Below, piece after piece: positions 39,286 through 52,564 of a stretch of 64,000 nucleotides of DNA; position 1 is the first letter of the stretch; each line of letters starts with the position of its first letter. Source of the DNA: Oikopleura dioica (lineage: Eukaryota; Animalia; Chordata); contig OU015567.1 in the NCBI GenBank assembly GCA_907165135.1, positions 10,416,001 through 10,480,000 of the forward strand, in the 5' to 3' direction. The notes below the pieces were generated by a model, which did no database searches, was not told the origin of the DNA, and saw only the letters and a program-made list of their open reading frames with translations. A program made the translations under genes and the position numbers.

Positions 39286-40045
39286 AATGAGTTCAATCCC
39301 GCATCTGTCTTGGAAAAGAAACCACGGCGTATCATAAACCTATCTGGAAAGTGAAATTACCCTATTTTCTGTTTTACAACTTCTTAGATCAAAACGATAC
39401 GATGAATCGTTATTCAAAAATGCAGGAATCGAATATTTAGCTTTGGAAATAGACGGTGGTGGGAAAATTCCCAGCGAAGAAAAAGTTCAAGGTATAAATT
39501 ATAACTTGTATTACTTCTCGCTAAATACAGATTTGTAACGGTATCTTTGTTTCGCCGAGGCAAACTTTACTTTTCTTCCAATCAACTCTTTGCCATTTCG
39601 TAATTACTCCAGTTAGCCATCAACTTAGAAAACCAATATTAAATGAACTTGAATACTGCGCCCTTCCGGACTATAATTATATTACTATTCTTTATCAAGT
39701 TCAATTTCAGTTCAGTTCCCTCTCTTTTTAATGAGACTCTCGTAAATTTACCCCCCGTGAGGCTATCTAAGTGAAATGAGCTGAACTAAATGCAAAGAAT
39801 GAGTTTTAATGAGTAATGGTTCAGAGTTCATGGACTTCGTCGGCAGGCCAGAAGTAGGAGAAATCTGTGGCGTGCATTGTGCGCATGGAGTCAACAGAAC
39901 TGGCTATTTCGTTTGCCGATACCTCATGAAAATCTGCGGAAAGTCTGCCGATGCGGCGATTGCCCTCTTTGAACAAAATCGTGGCCATAAAATTGAAAAG
40001 GAGGAACTTCTCAACGCACTACATGCTTATTCAACTTTTAACTGA
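39286..40045 (+). CDS. DUSP11: RNA 5'-phosphatase, DUSP11/PIR1-like (5' part in gap)
   Basis: GVHCAHGVNRTGYFVCRYLM, AIALFEQNRGHKIE, upstream GKIPSEEKV. No guanylyltransferase domain follows the stop. Confidence 0.8.
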
Positions 40046-40226
40046 GTCTTTCTTTATTTAACTCTTCCGAAACATGTTCTACCAGCTTTCTGAACCTTCT
40101 GTCTATCATTTATGCAACAAAACGAACGAGAGTGCATTTCAATATTAAAATTATATTTTGATGGTTTATCAGTTGGCAGTTCGGAGCATAATTGAACAGG
40201 TTATAATAAATAGAACAGCTTTGTAT

Positions 40227-40687
40227 CAGGGTGGCTAATTTGGATTTGGGGGTTAGTTGGACTTGGATTGGATCCAATCCAATAAGGTTTGGATGGAATT
40301 TGGATGGCCAGGGTACCGGATTTTGTTGGGGAAAATTGGGCAATTGGGGGAAATTGGGGAATTGGACCCAATAAAAAATATCTCGCTAAACTATGCAAAG
40401 CAGGCTCATTTTCATGATAAAAATGAACAATTTCGGATAAAAAATCATTGTTTTGGCTATGTTGATCCTCTTTTCGGATAAAAAATTACTGTTTCCGTTC
40501 TTTTCAAAGCACTAAAAGCCTTGGAAAAATTGGAAATCCAATTGGATCTAATTGGAATTGGGGATTTTTGGGGAATTGGGTAATAATTGGATTGGGTTGG
40601 ATTTTGGATGGATAGTTACGACTCAAAATTTATTGGATGGAAATTGGATGGCCAGACCCCAAAATTTTGTCCAAAATAGCCACCCTG
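40227..40687. mobile_element. hAT-type MITE (461 bp), same family as 18322-18854, opposite orientation
   Basis: TIR CAGGGTGGCTA(A/T)TTTGGA. 8-bp TSD CTTTGTAT at 40219-40226 and 40688-40695. Confidence 0.93.
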
Positions 40688-40705
40688 CTTTGTATCAGGT
40701 ATCAG

Positions 40706-41833
40706 TCAGTTTTGGCAAGGAGTGGATCGGGCGCCCGTCGATCTGGTCATTATCGATCGGAGGCTGAATCTACTGCGGCATTTTCTGATGATCGGACTTT
40801 GGGGCACTGAGTTTGTGAACATTTTCTTGGCCGAGAAAAATCGCTTCATCTTGGCAAACATGTGGACGGGCTCTTTGCGCTTTCGCTGATCGATGCTTAT
40901 TTCTTCATCGGTGCAGAATTTACAAAGGCTGCTTCGCACCTCGCCAAGTGCGAGGGCTTCCCAGTCGATTCCAGAAAAGAAGGGATGAGATTTGAAGCGT
41001 TCAATATCGTTTGAGAGTCGATTTTTGGGGTTTCGTTTGAGGAGGCTTTGGGTGAAGTCCTTGGAGACTTTGTCCATGCTTGCAGGGTAGACAAGAGTCT
41101 TCTTTTGTTCGCGGGTAAGATCGGAGGAAGTTCGACCCTCGTAAGGAACGTATCCAGCGAGAAGCTCGAAGGCCATAACGCCGAGGGACCACCAGTCTGC
41201 TTGGAAGTCGTGTCCTTTGATTTGCAGACTTTCGGGCGCCATGTAAAGAGGAGTACCGTATCGTCCGAAAGTTTTCTCGCCTGGAAGGAGCAACTCGGCA
41301 ATTCCGAAATCAGTGAGGACCATGTGCCCATCGCTGGTTACAAGGACGTTTTCAGGTTTGATATCGTTGTGGAGTACTCCTCGGGAGTGGCAAGCTTCGA
41401 TCGCAAGAACAAGCTCGGCGAGGATCAACTTGATCTGAGATCGCGTCAGATCCTGGCTAACCATGAGCTTGTGGAGGTCCATCTGATGGTAATCCATTAC
41501 CATGCTGTAGTTCTTATCTTTGCTCTGGAACCAGTCGAGCAGTTCGACTACATAGGGCGAATCAAGGTTTCCCAAAAGGTGAGCCGATGAGAGAAAGGTG
41601 ATTTCGTTCATCAGTCTGTATCGGATCTGATCGCCACTGTATGAATTCAGGTTCTTGTGCGTTTTGATCGCATAGTATTGACCATTATTGATGTTCATCG
41701 CCTTTGTGACATTTCCATAGGAGCCATCTCCGATCTTTCCGACCTTTCGGTACTCGGATGGGTTTCCCGGTAGTGGTCTGGTCGGGTCATCTGGGAGGGT
41801 GACAATTTGTACTGGGATTCGATCTCTTGGCAT
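40706..41833 (-). CDS. Intronless AGC-like Ser/Thr protein kinase (375 aa)
   Basis: GDGSYGNV, YAIK, HNDIKPEN, DFG, GTPLYMAPE, DWWSLG and HPFFSGIDW. Confidence 0.9.
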   Translation of the reverse strand: MPRDRIPVQIVTLPDDPTRPLPGNPSEYRKVGKIGDGSYGNVTKAMNINNGQYYAIKTHKNLNSYSGDQIRYRLMNEITFLSSAHLLGNLDSPYVVELLDWFQSKDKNYSMVMDYHQMDLHKLMVSQDLTRSQIKLILAELVLAIEACHSRGVLHNDIKPENVLVTSDGHMVLTDFGIAELLLPGEKTFGRYGTPLYMAPESLQIKGHDFQADWWSLGVMAFELLAGYVPYEGRTSSDLTREQKKTLVYPASMDKVSKDFTQSLLKRNPKNRLSNDIERFKSHPFFSGIDWEALALGEVRSSLCKFCTDEEISIDQRKRKEPVHMFAKMKRFFSAKKMFTNSVPQSPIIRKCRSRFSLRSIMTRSTGARSTPCQN

Positions 41834-44800
41834 TTTCTGGTGTCTTCTGCTGGAAATCTCTGGAAGTCTTCTGTAGTTGTTGTATCAAAGTGTAATTAAA
41901 AACAAATCGTTGATTGCTTTGAGTGAGAGAAATTAGTTCTATTTCTTTTTGATCAGTTGCTGACTCTTATGCTCTTTATAAAGAAAATGTGGCGCGCGCG
42001 CGTCTGATGAGGGCAGTGGCGAGCAACGATTCTGAGAGAGTCCAGATTGCGCTGGATGGCGAATTCGTGGACCACCAAGAGCCCTTCGACCTTGTCATCC
42101 TGATCCTTCAGACCTGTTGAAATCAGGCCAAGTGTCAATTACCGGTAGTAAACGAAGAGCGTAAAAAGCATTGAAAAGAAAAAGTTGTTGAAGCTTGTGG
42201 TAGGCACTTAGGAAAGGTGACGTTAAATAATGGGTATCAACCCCTTCAGTCAGGTCATCAATCATATTTATGTCCGCAGGAGCATTTGGAGTCATTTTCG
42301 CACACAATCAGCATGAAATTAGGGCAGTTATCACATTGACAAAGCTTAAATGACGCATCAACAAAATGGAAGGCACAAAAATATAATTAATTAGAGGTCT
42401 TCAAAAGATAAGTAAGTTCTTTGAGTCTTTGGAATTTCCGTTTTTCCTCTTCTACCTAAGCGTTGCAAAAATTCCTGAGGACTCTCTCATAAACCTACCG
42501 CGAAAGCTGAATCATCCTTGATTTTTATGATTTTCCTTTACAGAGTTGATTAACGATCATAAATTGATTAGTGGGCAGGTTTGGGAAAATAACAACTTTG
42601 CCATTTCTGAGTGTTTTTCCTTCTATTTTTATAGCGAAGAAAAGGATAATTTTTCCATGATAAATCTGGAGGGGCATCGTTATTGAACTTGAAGGTAGGC
42701 CTCCCCTGAAGTGTAACATGCGATGCATCATGAATTCATTACTCATTATCGGTGCCCTAGAAAGCTGCACCCGACAAAATTCATCGCCTCTGAATCATCG
42801 GAATGTCCGACTTCAAGGCCACGTCACATTCTTTTAAAACGAACGTGGGAAAATTATGATTTACTACGCCCTTTCATGAATCAGTTGAAGTCAAACAGAA
42901 AGCAACTCGGAACAAATGAGATAAGTCGGACACTCACTTCGCACCCGGAAGCGGCGGCAAAACACCTTTACACATTTTTTATTACAGAGAAGCGCTAATG
43001 GGCGTCGTCACGTAAGGGTTAGCGTAAGCGTGCATTCCAAACTGGGTGAGTAGCGATTCCTTGTTTCGAAAATCAAGAGGGGTCGCCTTTGTGTCCAAGG
43101 ATCAACGCGTTGTTGTTTGCTTTTGCGACTGAACGTATCAAAGTTTAATGTTTGGACACTGCCTTGGCTACTTTTAAAAGCCGTGGAAACGATTTGACAT
43201 CATTTTTCAGACTCTGAGCTTTAGTTAAATCTAATGGAAATGATGTTACGTTACTCTACTCTACTTGGGTTCCCTGAGTTTATCCTGATAGTTGCGCAAA
43301 CTTTAATAATTGCAGTTCAAATTGAACAAAAACTGAATTCTGCTGTGACGCTCTTCCGGCTGATCTTCCTGAAAATATGCATGTCGCGAAAAATACGAAA
43401 TTAGCAGGCACTCGTTTAGACTCGATACGTAAGGGCGTTGAACTTTTCAAAACTAATTGAACGCTTTATGTTGGCAGAAAATGGCAGCGGGCGGAGGATC
43501 AAGCGCTGGCTACTCGACGTCACCGTGACGTCACGTTAGAAGTCCCAAATCTGAAACAGATTTGTTTAACGTGTCCCAAAACAGAAAATGTCAATATTTG
43601 GGCGAAGGGCTCTTCCGTTACGATTTCAAATACAATTAAATCGGGCACGCAATGTCTTAATTTCGACAAAAGTCGCGCAGGGTCGCTCAATTTTCTGTAA
43701 CAGAGGGTCAGTTTGAGTTTTGCAATTTTTTATGATCCACTGGATCTAAAAGATCAGTGATCTTTCAAACGAGTTCAGAGCGAGTTGCAAATTTCTTCGT
43801 TGATGATGATATTTCAACAGATCAAATATGAACTCTTCTATCAATGATGATCATTTTTTCAGACTTTGGCGAAAAACAGCAGCGTTTACCAAGAAGTCGA
43901 TTAAACAAATGCAAACCGAATATGCAATAAGCTATCTAATCAAATATTTGACAATCAGCCGGCAGAATCTGAATATTATCAGTTTCGATAAAAAACAGTC
44001 TGACTAGACAGTTTTCTCGTTGTTTCTTTAATGAGCCTCTTTTAATAAGTTGAGTTATTTGCGTTGTTTCAAGGTTGAGACCAGGCCTTTTATATTTCTT
44101 GTCTCGCTTTAATCTCTCCCGATTGCCAATTGGGAAAATCATAATGAGCACTTCGCTTAAAAATCCTATTTAGGGCACCATTTTGCAAATGAAGCAACCA
44201 AAGATTCTCACTACAGACGCTGTCGCCGTCGGTCTTGAATCACCCGGCTGGACCGACAATGGGAATTTACTCATCCTTAGGCAGACAGAATACACGACTA
44301 GTTATACTGATATTCTATATGTGGTAAGATTTGTGCTAAATTAAAATGAAAATTTGAGACTTGGTAAATGAGAATAAATTTCGATGATCGAATTTTTCAT
44401 CCTCTCTCGTGGTATGTCTTTCATTGGAATGAGCACATTTAATATTGTATATTCTGCATAAACGGCATTAATATAATAATATCATATGATACTTGATGAA
44501 CAGCCCCAAAAGTTCATTAATTATCGACTCGTTTGCGGTCATCTTCAGAAGTGCGCGTATCTCATAAACAATTAAAGCTTCCATTCTTATGACGGTGCGC
44601 ATCCGATGAAATATAAATTATCCACGAACGTATGCTTTCAAAGAGCTACGTAAAAAGCGTTGTGACATCACAGGAAGATTATAATCACGTGGCTCGCTTG
44701 GCGAAAATTAATAGATGGAACGCTACGTGCTTTAAAACTTTTGTCACGCATAATCGCCTCGTAAGACTGGGTTTGTCAGAAGTTTTTCTTCCTGAAAGAA

Positions 44801-45515
44801 GGCCTTTTTATGAAAGGAATTTTTAACAACCATCATTATTGACCTTGAAAAGAACAGCATTTTCAGCGTGTTTGTTTTGAAATGTGTTTTGGTAACCAGC
44901 TATCGAATATTCAGCTTTCCAGATAGTTTAAATTGAATTTACCAAACAATAAATCACATGAGTCGAGATCAAAAGACGATCATCTTCTCAACTTCTCAAT
45001 AAATCAACTATCCGTGACCCTGATTCTTCGAAAAGACTGAGTGAGAAAATGAACGCTTGAATTTTAGTGAATAGACGTTGTTTTTAGAAGAAGTTCAAAT
45101 TGTGCTAACGTCACTTTCGAAATGGTAAATATTCTTCAGCGGTTAAAATTTCTAGTTCCGGAGTTTGCACATGCGTGATCTCAGAGAATCTAAAATACGG
45201 AATTTATTGAAAAAGATACCGTTACAGTTGACTCGCACAATCGTACATCGAAAAATTTAGATTCGATATTGCTGCGGGAAATAATATTATTATCGACCTT
45301 TAAGGTCGATGCTCTCATTTAGCAAAGAAAAGATGTATTTTCAATTCTGGATTTTAGAGTGTCACAAAAGATAGAGCACGGCGAGACCACCGTGTTTACG
45401 ATGAAAGTTTCTTCAAGACATTGACCTCCTGGGATCAACGTCCTTTAGAAAAAGATATTTTGCGACAATGTTTATTTCAAAAATTTCCAATGATTACAAG
45501 GCAGAAATATATAGT

Positions 45516-47700
45516 CTATATAATATAGAAATAAAATTTTAATCGAGTCTTAGAACTCCATCGACTGGTTTTGTCTCCGTCGACTTTGACCACTTGTTCG
45601 GCTGTTGATGGAAGTGGCGAAGGGAAGCTCTTCTGGTCGAGGGAAGTCTTCGGTGGTATGGTCGACCATCGTGATGCTTGTCTGGCTTTGGGTGAATCTT
45701 CTATGAGAACGAATAAAACTATTGTTTGACACTTATAAGCACCTGTTGTTAGCACCGCCAGTAATCTGAGCAGTTGGCGCGCCCCCTTCGTGAATAACTG
45801 CCCGGTCGCAGCGAACTGCGAGGTCAGTCTGCGAAAATGACTCGGACTCAGTTTCTGATGAAATTGCACCTCCATCTTCAACGCCAGCTCGACTAAAGAA
45901 AACGTCAGATTCTCAATAAACAGCTAGACTTACGGAGTTAATCCGGAAACGAGCTTCTCGAGTCCAGTGAAGCGAACTTGAGTACCGCCAGTTCTGGTGC
46001 CGAGGACGTCGCCTTTCAGGAGAGTGGTTTCTTTTGTTTTTGCCTGAACAGATCGCCTGACAATTTTTCATGAGAATGTTTACTTACGTTAGCCTCCTGG
46101 TGAGTTAGAAGATAATTCTCGACCTTGAGGAGATCTTCGAATTGCGGCACATTGACGTTCTTTCGATTGGCGTCCTTGCTCTATTTTTGTTATAAAATCG
46201 ATCATAATTAAGGTGCTTTACCTTGGTGAATTTGGCGGAGAGAGCCTTCATAATTTTCGAGGCAACGCTCGAGTCAGATCCAGTGCGTTTCGCGGTAACA
46301 GGATTCTGAAAGAGAATTTAGACGCCGGAATTCGTCGATGTCGCTCGCATCTTTAATTAAATTCGCGATGATTACCTGATGAATGGTTCCTTGCACTTCC
46401 GTCTCAGACGGAGTATGAGCGAGCATTCGACACTTGTCAGCTGATCGTGAACGACGTCGAACCGCAATATTCTGCGTTGTCTAAAAGATGATTTATCGTT
46501 TTTATATGTTGTTCTTTGCTCACCTCGTTTCGGGGATTGAGCGAGCTGCGAGAGTTTCCCTTGCGTCCTCTCAATTGCTTGAGGACACTTGTCTCACTAC
46601 CGGCTGGTGAGCGAACATTGGTGATGCCCTTGAGCGAGAATCCTGAGTTTCCACCAGGGCTTTTGACAGGAGCCTCAAGAGGTTCCGCTGGCTGCTTTTT
46701 CGTTTCAGAATTGGTCCGTTTTCGCTAAATTGAAAGAATTAACGATTGATTCTCGCTTGAGTCTTACTTCAAGTCGAGCTGCGTCCAAATGCTGCTGGTA
46801 ATCCATTGTGTTTGTATCACCCCGGGTGCTGACTGCTGGAGTTCTTGGCGCGTTTTGGAAGAGAATGCTCTTCAAAATATTGAGGTTTTTGACAATGAAT
46901 ATTCTTACCTTTAGCTGCTTCATTTTTTCTTCCTGGGCAGCCTTACGAGCTTTTGATTTCTCCTCAAGCTCTCGAACTTTTCTTGAGTTTTCCAACTCCA
47001 ACTTGCGCTTGGCATCTTCAATCTGGCGCTTAGCGTTCATTTCAATCGCCTTTTTGGTTCTGTTTTCGCTTTCAAGCTTGCTCGACATCATCTTGAATTA
47101 CTCGTTAAATAAGATAAATAATTACTGAATCAAACCTGCATCTCGGCTTCAGTCTCCTTCTTGTCTAGTTCGTAAACCCGCTGAGCTTCCATCAACGCTC
47201 GGTTTTTCTTCTCAAGGCGTCGATTGTCCTTGCTCAATCGCTCGTTATCGCCTTCCAGTTTTTCATTCTGCGGCTCAAGGATTCGGAGCTTGTTCAAAGT
47301 CTCCGTGTTTTCCCGCTGCATGTGGTTGAGCTTCTTTCGCAAAATCGACACTGGTGTCTCAAGCTGATCATTGAATGCTTCCCGGCGTTCCATTCGCAGC
47401 CTATGATTTAAATGATTAACTTTATCTGAAACACTGTATTTAATCATTAAAAAGGGTACTTACTTGACCGTATCCATCAAGTTCATGAGCATTTCTTTGT
47501 TGTCGATTGTAAAGCCTTCCATCGATGGAATCTCAGGAAGCCAGACCTGATGCTTTCTTGGTGCCTTCAATAAATAATTATTATTATTTGTATTATACAA
47601 GTTTTCTCAGCCTAAAGCTACCTACTTGACGTTTGTAGCCCATTGAACGTTTTCCAAACGAAGCAGATGGAATAATTGGTTCGTCAGTTTCCATTTTTCA
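45516..47700 (-). CDS. Hypothetical multi-exon coiled-coil / low-complexity protein
   Basis: Consecutive charged coiled-coil ORFs (47130-47447, 46705-47091) and Ser/Pro-rich exons separated by ~40-50-nt GT-AG introns. Confidence 0.5.
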
Positions 47701-48871
47701 AACCTTTAAATTTCGATGAAATCTTCGAATGAGAATCATTGGTCAATAACAACACTTCCCTCTTGGCGTGTTCTAGAACCCTTGAAATCTTCCGTCGATT
47801 CTTGCGCCAGCCTGGGAGGCCTGGTCGAAGTCAACCGCAAATCCGAATATTTCCACAGTCGCATAAGGAGCTTGATTAATTCGTAGATGCGACCGGGCGA
47901 CCTGTCAGATACAACCGCGCCGACCTTTTCAATGTGGCACCATTTGGATTTGTTGTCGCTGACTACCGACCACCACGAAATTGCCATAATTAGGAAGCTC
48001 AAACATTCCATTCCGGTTACCTCGGGTAACTGCTAAAATTTTGAAAACGGCCGTGACCCTAAGGTCATCTCGAAATTTCTTCAAGACTCATGCGATCTGT
48101 TAGCAAAATACACAAGATGGCTCATTCTGATCACGGGTCAACTTTATAGCGCACGCCTGCGGTAGAATTTTCTCGAATCGAAATCCTTTGTTAATGTCGT
48201 TTCAATTTCGAAATCAGCCTGCTTTATTGAGCCCGCTTTGTTTTTTCAATTTCATAAATTCCTTTTATGATCGTACTTCAAATAAATTAATGTTCAACAA
48301 AAGACAATACAAGCTTATCTATAAGAATACGTGCTAAAATCATTGCTGGAATAATCTTGATGTCAGGAGAACATTCCAATTAGACGAATTTCAATAAGAA
48401 ATTTTCGGGCAAAAATGACCCCCTTTTTATGTGCTCATCTGAAAGAGCGTAAAAGTTGTGCTAGAAAAATATTTTTTTGCCTAGGGGCATAAATTATGAC
48501 TCATAGGCCCGATTGAAAAATTACAAACTCCCCCTAAATAGCCCCAGGGAACTTATTTTTCGGGAGATTTTGACGTCATTGGAATCCTCAGGACTCAAGC
48601 TTTTGGCGGACCCCTTAACCGCGGCCAACCACCCGGTTAACCGCGTGGTAAACCGCGGTTCATTTCTCAAGGTACAGTATATATGCAAATATACATACCA
48701 ATCGACTTATTTTTCGATGCTGCATTCATTTTTGACCAAAAGATAAACCAACCGGGTGGTTAACCGCCCGGTTGACCATTGCTGATGAAAATTTTTCAAA
48801 AAAAAAATTTTTTCAAGAATTTTTTTCAAGAATTTTTTTTTTGAATTGAATTTTTTTTTTAAAATTTTTCA

Positions 48872-49280
48872 TAACTGAAAAACTTTCAAAACTGAAAAAC
48901 TTTCAAGGCTGAAAAACTTTCAAAACTGAAAATTTTTCAAAACTGAAAAACTTTCAAAACTGTAAGACTTTCAAAACTGAAAAATTTTCAAAACTGAAAA
49001 ATTTTCAAAACTGAAGATTTTTCAAGGCTGAAAAACTTTCAAAACTGAAAATTTTTCAAAACTGAAAATCTTTCAAAACTGAAAAACTTTCAAAACTGAA
49101 CAACTTTCAAAACTGAAAAATTTTCAAAACTGAAAAAGTTTCAAAACTGAAAAATTTCAAAACTGAAAATTTTTCAAAGTGAAAAACTTTCAAAACTTTA
49201 AAATTTTCAGAACTGAAAAACTTTCAAAACTGAAAAATTTTCAAAACTGAAAAAGTTCCAAAACTGAAAAAATTTCAGAG
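48872..49280 (+). repeat. Left subterminal tandem array, 17-bp unit (CTGAAAAACTTTCAAAA), ~23-24 copies
   Basis: Read directly; mirrored at 52565-52865. Confidence 0.9.
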
Positions 49281-49320
49281 ATTTTAATTTTAAAAAATCT
49301 CAATAAGTGGTTATTTTTTA

Positions 49321-49460
49321 AAATGAGTCATCGCGCTCAGGGCGCTTCGCGCAAGAGGCTGTGATTCGCCCGCCTCTAGGCTCTTTTTCGAAATGAGTCA
49401 GCGCGCTTAGGGCGCTTCGCGCAAGAGGCTGTTATTCGCCCGCCTCTAGGCTCTTTTTCG
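49321..49460 (+). repeat. 70-bp direct tandem duplication upstream of the transposase
   Basis: Two near-identical copies of AAATGAGTCA...CTCTTTTTCG. Confidence 0.9.
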
Positions 49461-49548
49461 ATAGAGAGCGTTACTGCGAGACTGCCTGGCTATTTCTCTT
49501 CCTTCTGTTGTTTTTGTGGAATAATTTTAAAGCTAGGATTTTCAGATA

Positions 49549-52531
49549 ATGAGTGAAAAGCGCTTCAAAAGTATAATCGAGGTAACGAAGTTTATCAAAC
49601 ACGCTGATATCAGAGAAAACTACAACACCGACAGTTTTGTTCGATTCTGCGCATTCTGTAGAGACTCCTTGGGCGTCAAGCGAGATTCTGGAGCCATGAC
49701 GAAAGACCAAAGAAAAGCTGCTAATAAAAGGCAGTTCAGCACTACAATAGCTGTCCTATTGTAGAGACAATCTTTGAGCGAATCCCAAGAGGAGAGAAAT
49801 TGGAAAAGCTTCAGAACCTTCCGGGTTACCACGAGAACTCTCAGTGTTTTGCCTGCGGAAAAGATAAGCTCAACGATCAAACTGCAATTCATCTTCATTT
49901 TTCTTTTTGCGACAGTATAACTGAACTTCTCGAAGGTAAATCTTGTGTCAGATATTTGAAATATTTATTTTTAATATTAAGACCCCGAAGATTTGTTTGA
50001 CGAAGCTGAGAGCTTGGAGCAAGAAGATCATGATGTTGGGGTTGATGTGGCTGAACTGGCCGAAGAAAACTTGATGATCGATTCTCAATCCGCGAAAACC
50101 GATCCATTTCCTGCTGCAGATGATAGAAGCTCAAGCCAAAATTCAAGTGATGGAAGTCAGGGCTCGATTTATCAGCCAGATTCGAAGGAATCGATTGAAT
50201 CGTCTCACGATGAGGAGATGCACGAAACAACAATATCTTCTGTCAACGATACAATCGCCACTATTTCAGCAAGTCAGAAGGAGACAAGAATCGATGCAGA
50301 GACTCATCTCGTTAAGCAACTTCGTCTGGTCAAAAGCGTGATCTCATCCCGGCAAGTTTCATTACTCCAGAACTGATGGAAATTTGGCACTATTCTGCGC
50401 TAAATGCCCGCATCATTATGCTCAGCAGCTTCTTGCCAACTCGACTCATCTATGGTGTCACGAATGAAGAGATAAGGCTTATTGTGAACTGGTCAAATAA
50501 TCTTGGCTCAGAATTCCAACGTGACAAGCCTCTTCGCATGACGAACAAGCACGTTAAAATGGCCTTGGAGAGACGTGAGCAAGTTCTCGGCTGCGAAAAA
50601 TATGATGACGACCGAAAAGCAAAAGTAAGACGATTACGCGGAATCACTGATGAAGACAAGGAATCAATTTTGGATTATATTTACGACCACAGCGATGAAT
50701 CACCCGAAACAAAGGCATTTGAATGCAAAACGTCACTCATCATCGAAAGATCCATTGATTTGTATGAAAATCTAAAGAAAGAAAAATTCCAGATGAAGTT
50801 CGGACTTCTCTTCACGACTAATGAGAAAGTCGAGAAAGTTCAATGCACAAGAAGACTCGCGCATTCGAAATACAATGGACTGTGGGAAGAATTCAACGCT
50901 GTTCGTCTCTCAAAGGGGCAGGAAACGATCTCTTTGCATCATTTTCGGGCGCTCATACCGCCGATGATGATCGAGCCACGTCATCGGGATACCTATCAGT
51001 GTATTTGCGCTCCTTGCAGTAATCTTGGGAACCTCCTATCGAAATGTTAGCTTTTAGATAATATTTCAAATCTAACAGATTTTAAGTTTCCGACCTTTTG
51101 ATCTTACAAAAGATCGAAAAACGAAAGCTGACTCGTGAAGAAATCATTGAGATGATCTACGACTTGAAAGGCTGCAAGAACTCAATATATCAGGACCCTT
51201 ACATTGTCCCTCTTGCATGTGCGGAAGGCAAATGCGACTGCAATGATGGCGAGGGAAAAGTTTTACCTCTCCTGCGGGAGCGCTTCGAAGAGATCGACGT
51301 TCTTTTCCGCGATGAGACGCCGCAACTTGAGCGATACAACATTATGCTTATGAGAGATGTTTATAAACGCCTTCAACCAGGCTCCGAGCCGGTTCTAATC
51401 ATGAAAGATGTTCATACCCGCTTAAAGCTCAGTGATAAGGTAAAATCAACTATAATTATTATATTCTGAAAGTATTCAGCAACTTGTCGAAGATCTCAGC
51501 TCAGCATTTGATGAAAACTCCTATCATTACTCTGAGAACAGGCTTGCAAATCTTCTTTATGGACAGGTACGACGCGGTGAGAAAGAATTCGACAATACGA
51601 TTTTCTTCGAAATTGACTACAGTGGAGAGTACACCTGTCAAGGAGGAGTAAAGACGACCCAAAACGTAAGTAAAAAGCTCGAAAAAATCTTGTGCTAATA
51701 TGTTTTCAGGCAGAAATGGGAACCAAAATCGAGCTTGTTGTTCATATCGTTGTTGCTTGGGGATTCAAGATGACAGAGTCGGGTGAAAGAGAGCGAGTAA
51801 GACTAGACTCGGGACTTCTCATGGAGAAAAACAAGGAAAGAAAATTCGTCAAATCGCCCGCTGTTATCAAGACCCATCTGCTGAAGGTTTTGAATCACAT
51901 TAAAGCAACTCAGCTGATGACCATCAACGAAGATACAGTTGGCGTGCTTCTCAGCGACAACGCTGTTGAGTACAAGTCCAGATTCAGCCTAGCAGACATC
52001 GCTGATACCGACAACTGGGGCATACAAATGATGAAAGCGTTCAAAATCACCCGACATGGGAAGTCGTTTGTGGACGGTGCGGGATCGACTCTCAAACAGA
52101 AAATGCGAAAGATTGAAACAGAAGGGACTTACATTCCTTCGATTGGTTTGGAAAAGCTGATTGAAATGCTGAATGCGTCGCCATCAACTACCGAAAAAGG
52201 GACGTCTTTTCACTTTTCTATCCCTGGAATGACCCCGAAGTCCGGAATAATGTGGAATCATGAAACAGCATTTACAAAACTGATGTCGATGCCTTCAAAG
52301 AAGAAAGACGGCTCAGCCATACGACGCGGCAATCAACAAATTCGAATGGTTAAATACGTCCGAATCCCGATTACAAAACGGCATTTTGAGGACGAAGAAA
52401 TCAAGTTTCTTGTTGCAACAAATATCTGCCCAAATCTGTGCCAAGTGTGTTTCTCTGCCACTCCCGAGTTCTGTGCAAGCGTTCAAAATTACGCTCTCTC
52501 TGTGAAACGAAGTCAGTTTTTCTTCAATTGA
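49549..52531 (+). CDS. Spliced DDE transposase (4 introns), Sola2-like
   Basis: EIDYSGEY, LLSDNAVEYKS and TRHGKSFVDGAGSTLKQ parallel the DFAENY / SDG..QYKN / SHGK..DG.GG..K pattern recalled for Sola2. Cys clusters CICAPC and CAEGKC. GT-AG introns at ~49936, ~51047, ~51440 and ~51666. Two homopolymer frame breaks. Confidence 0.75.
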
Positions 52532-52564
52532 AAGAATAAAATCACAAAGATCAAATATGAAGCT

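Noticed and set aside
43015-43022. CTAACCCT (minus strand) as a telomerase RNA template
   Set aside because: An 8-mer is expected by chance at this scale (another occurs at ~21165), and no supporting structure was seen.
45292-45310. 9-bp-arm palindrome ATCGACCTT-T-AAGGTCGAT
   Set aside because: Isolated, with no TSD or partner, and about the size expected by chance in 64 kb.
42000-45500. Short ORFs and possible tRNA/rRNA/snRNA genes in this interval
   Set aside because: No cloverleaf, conserved RNA motif or coherent exon chain recognised; left unannotated.
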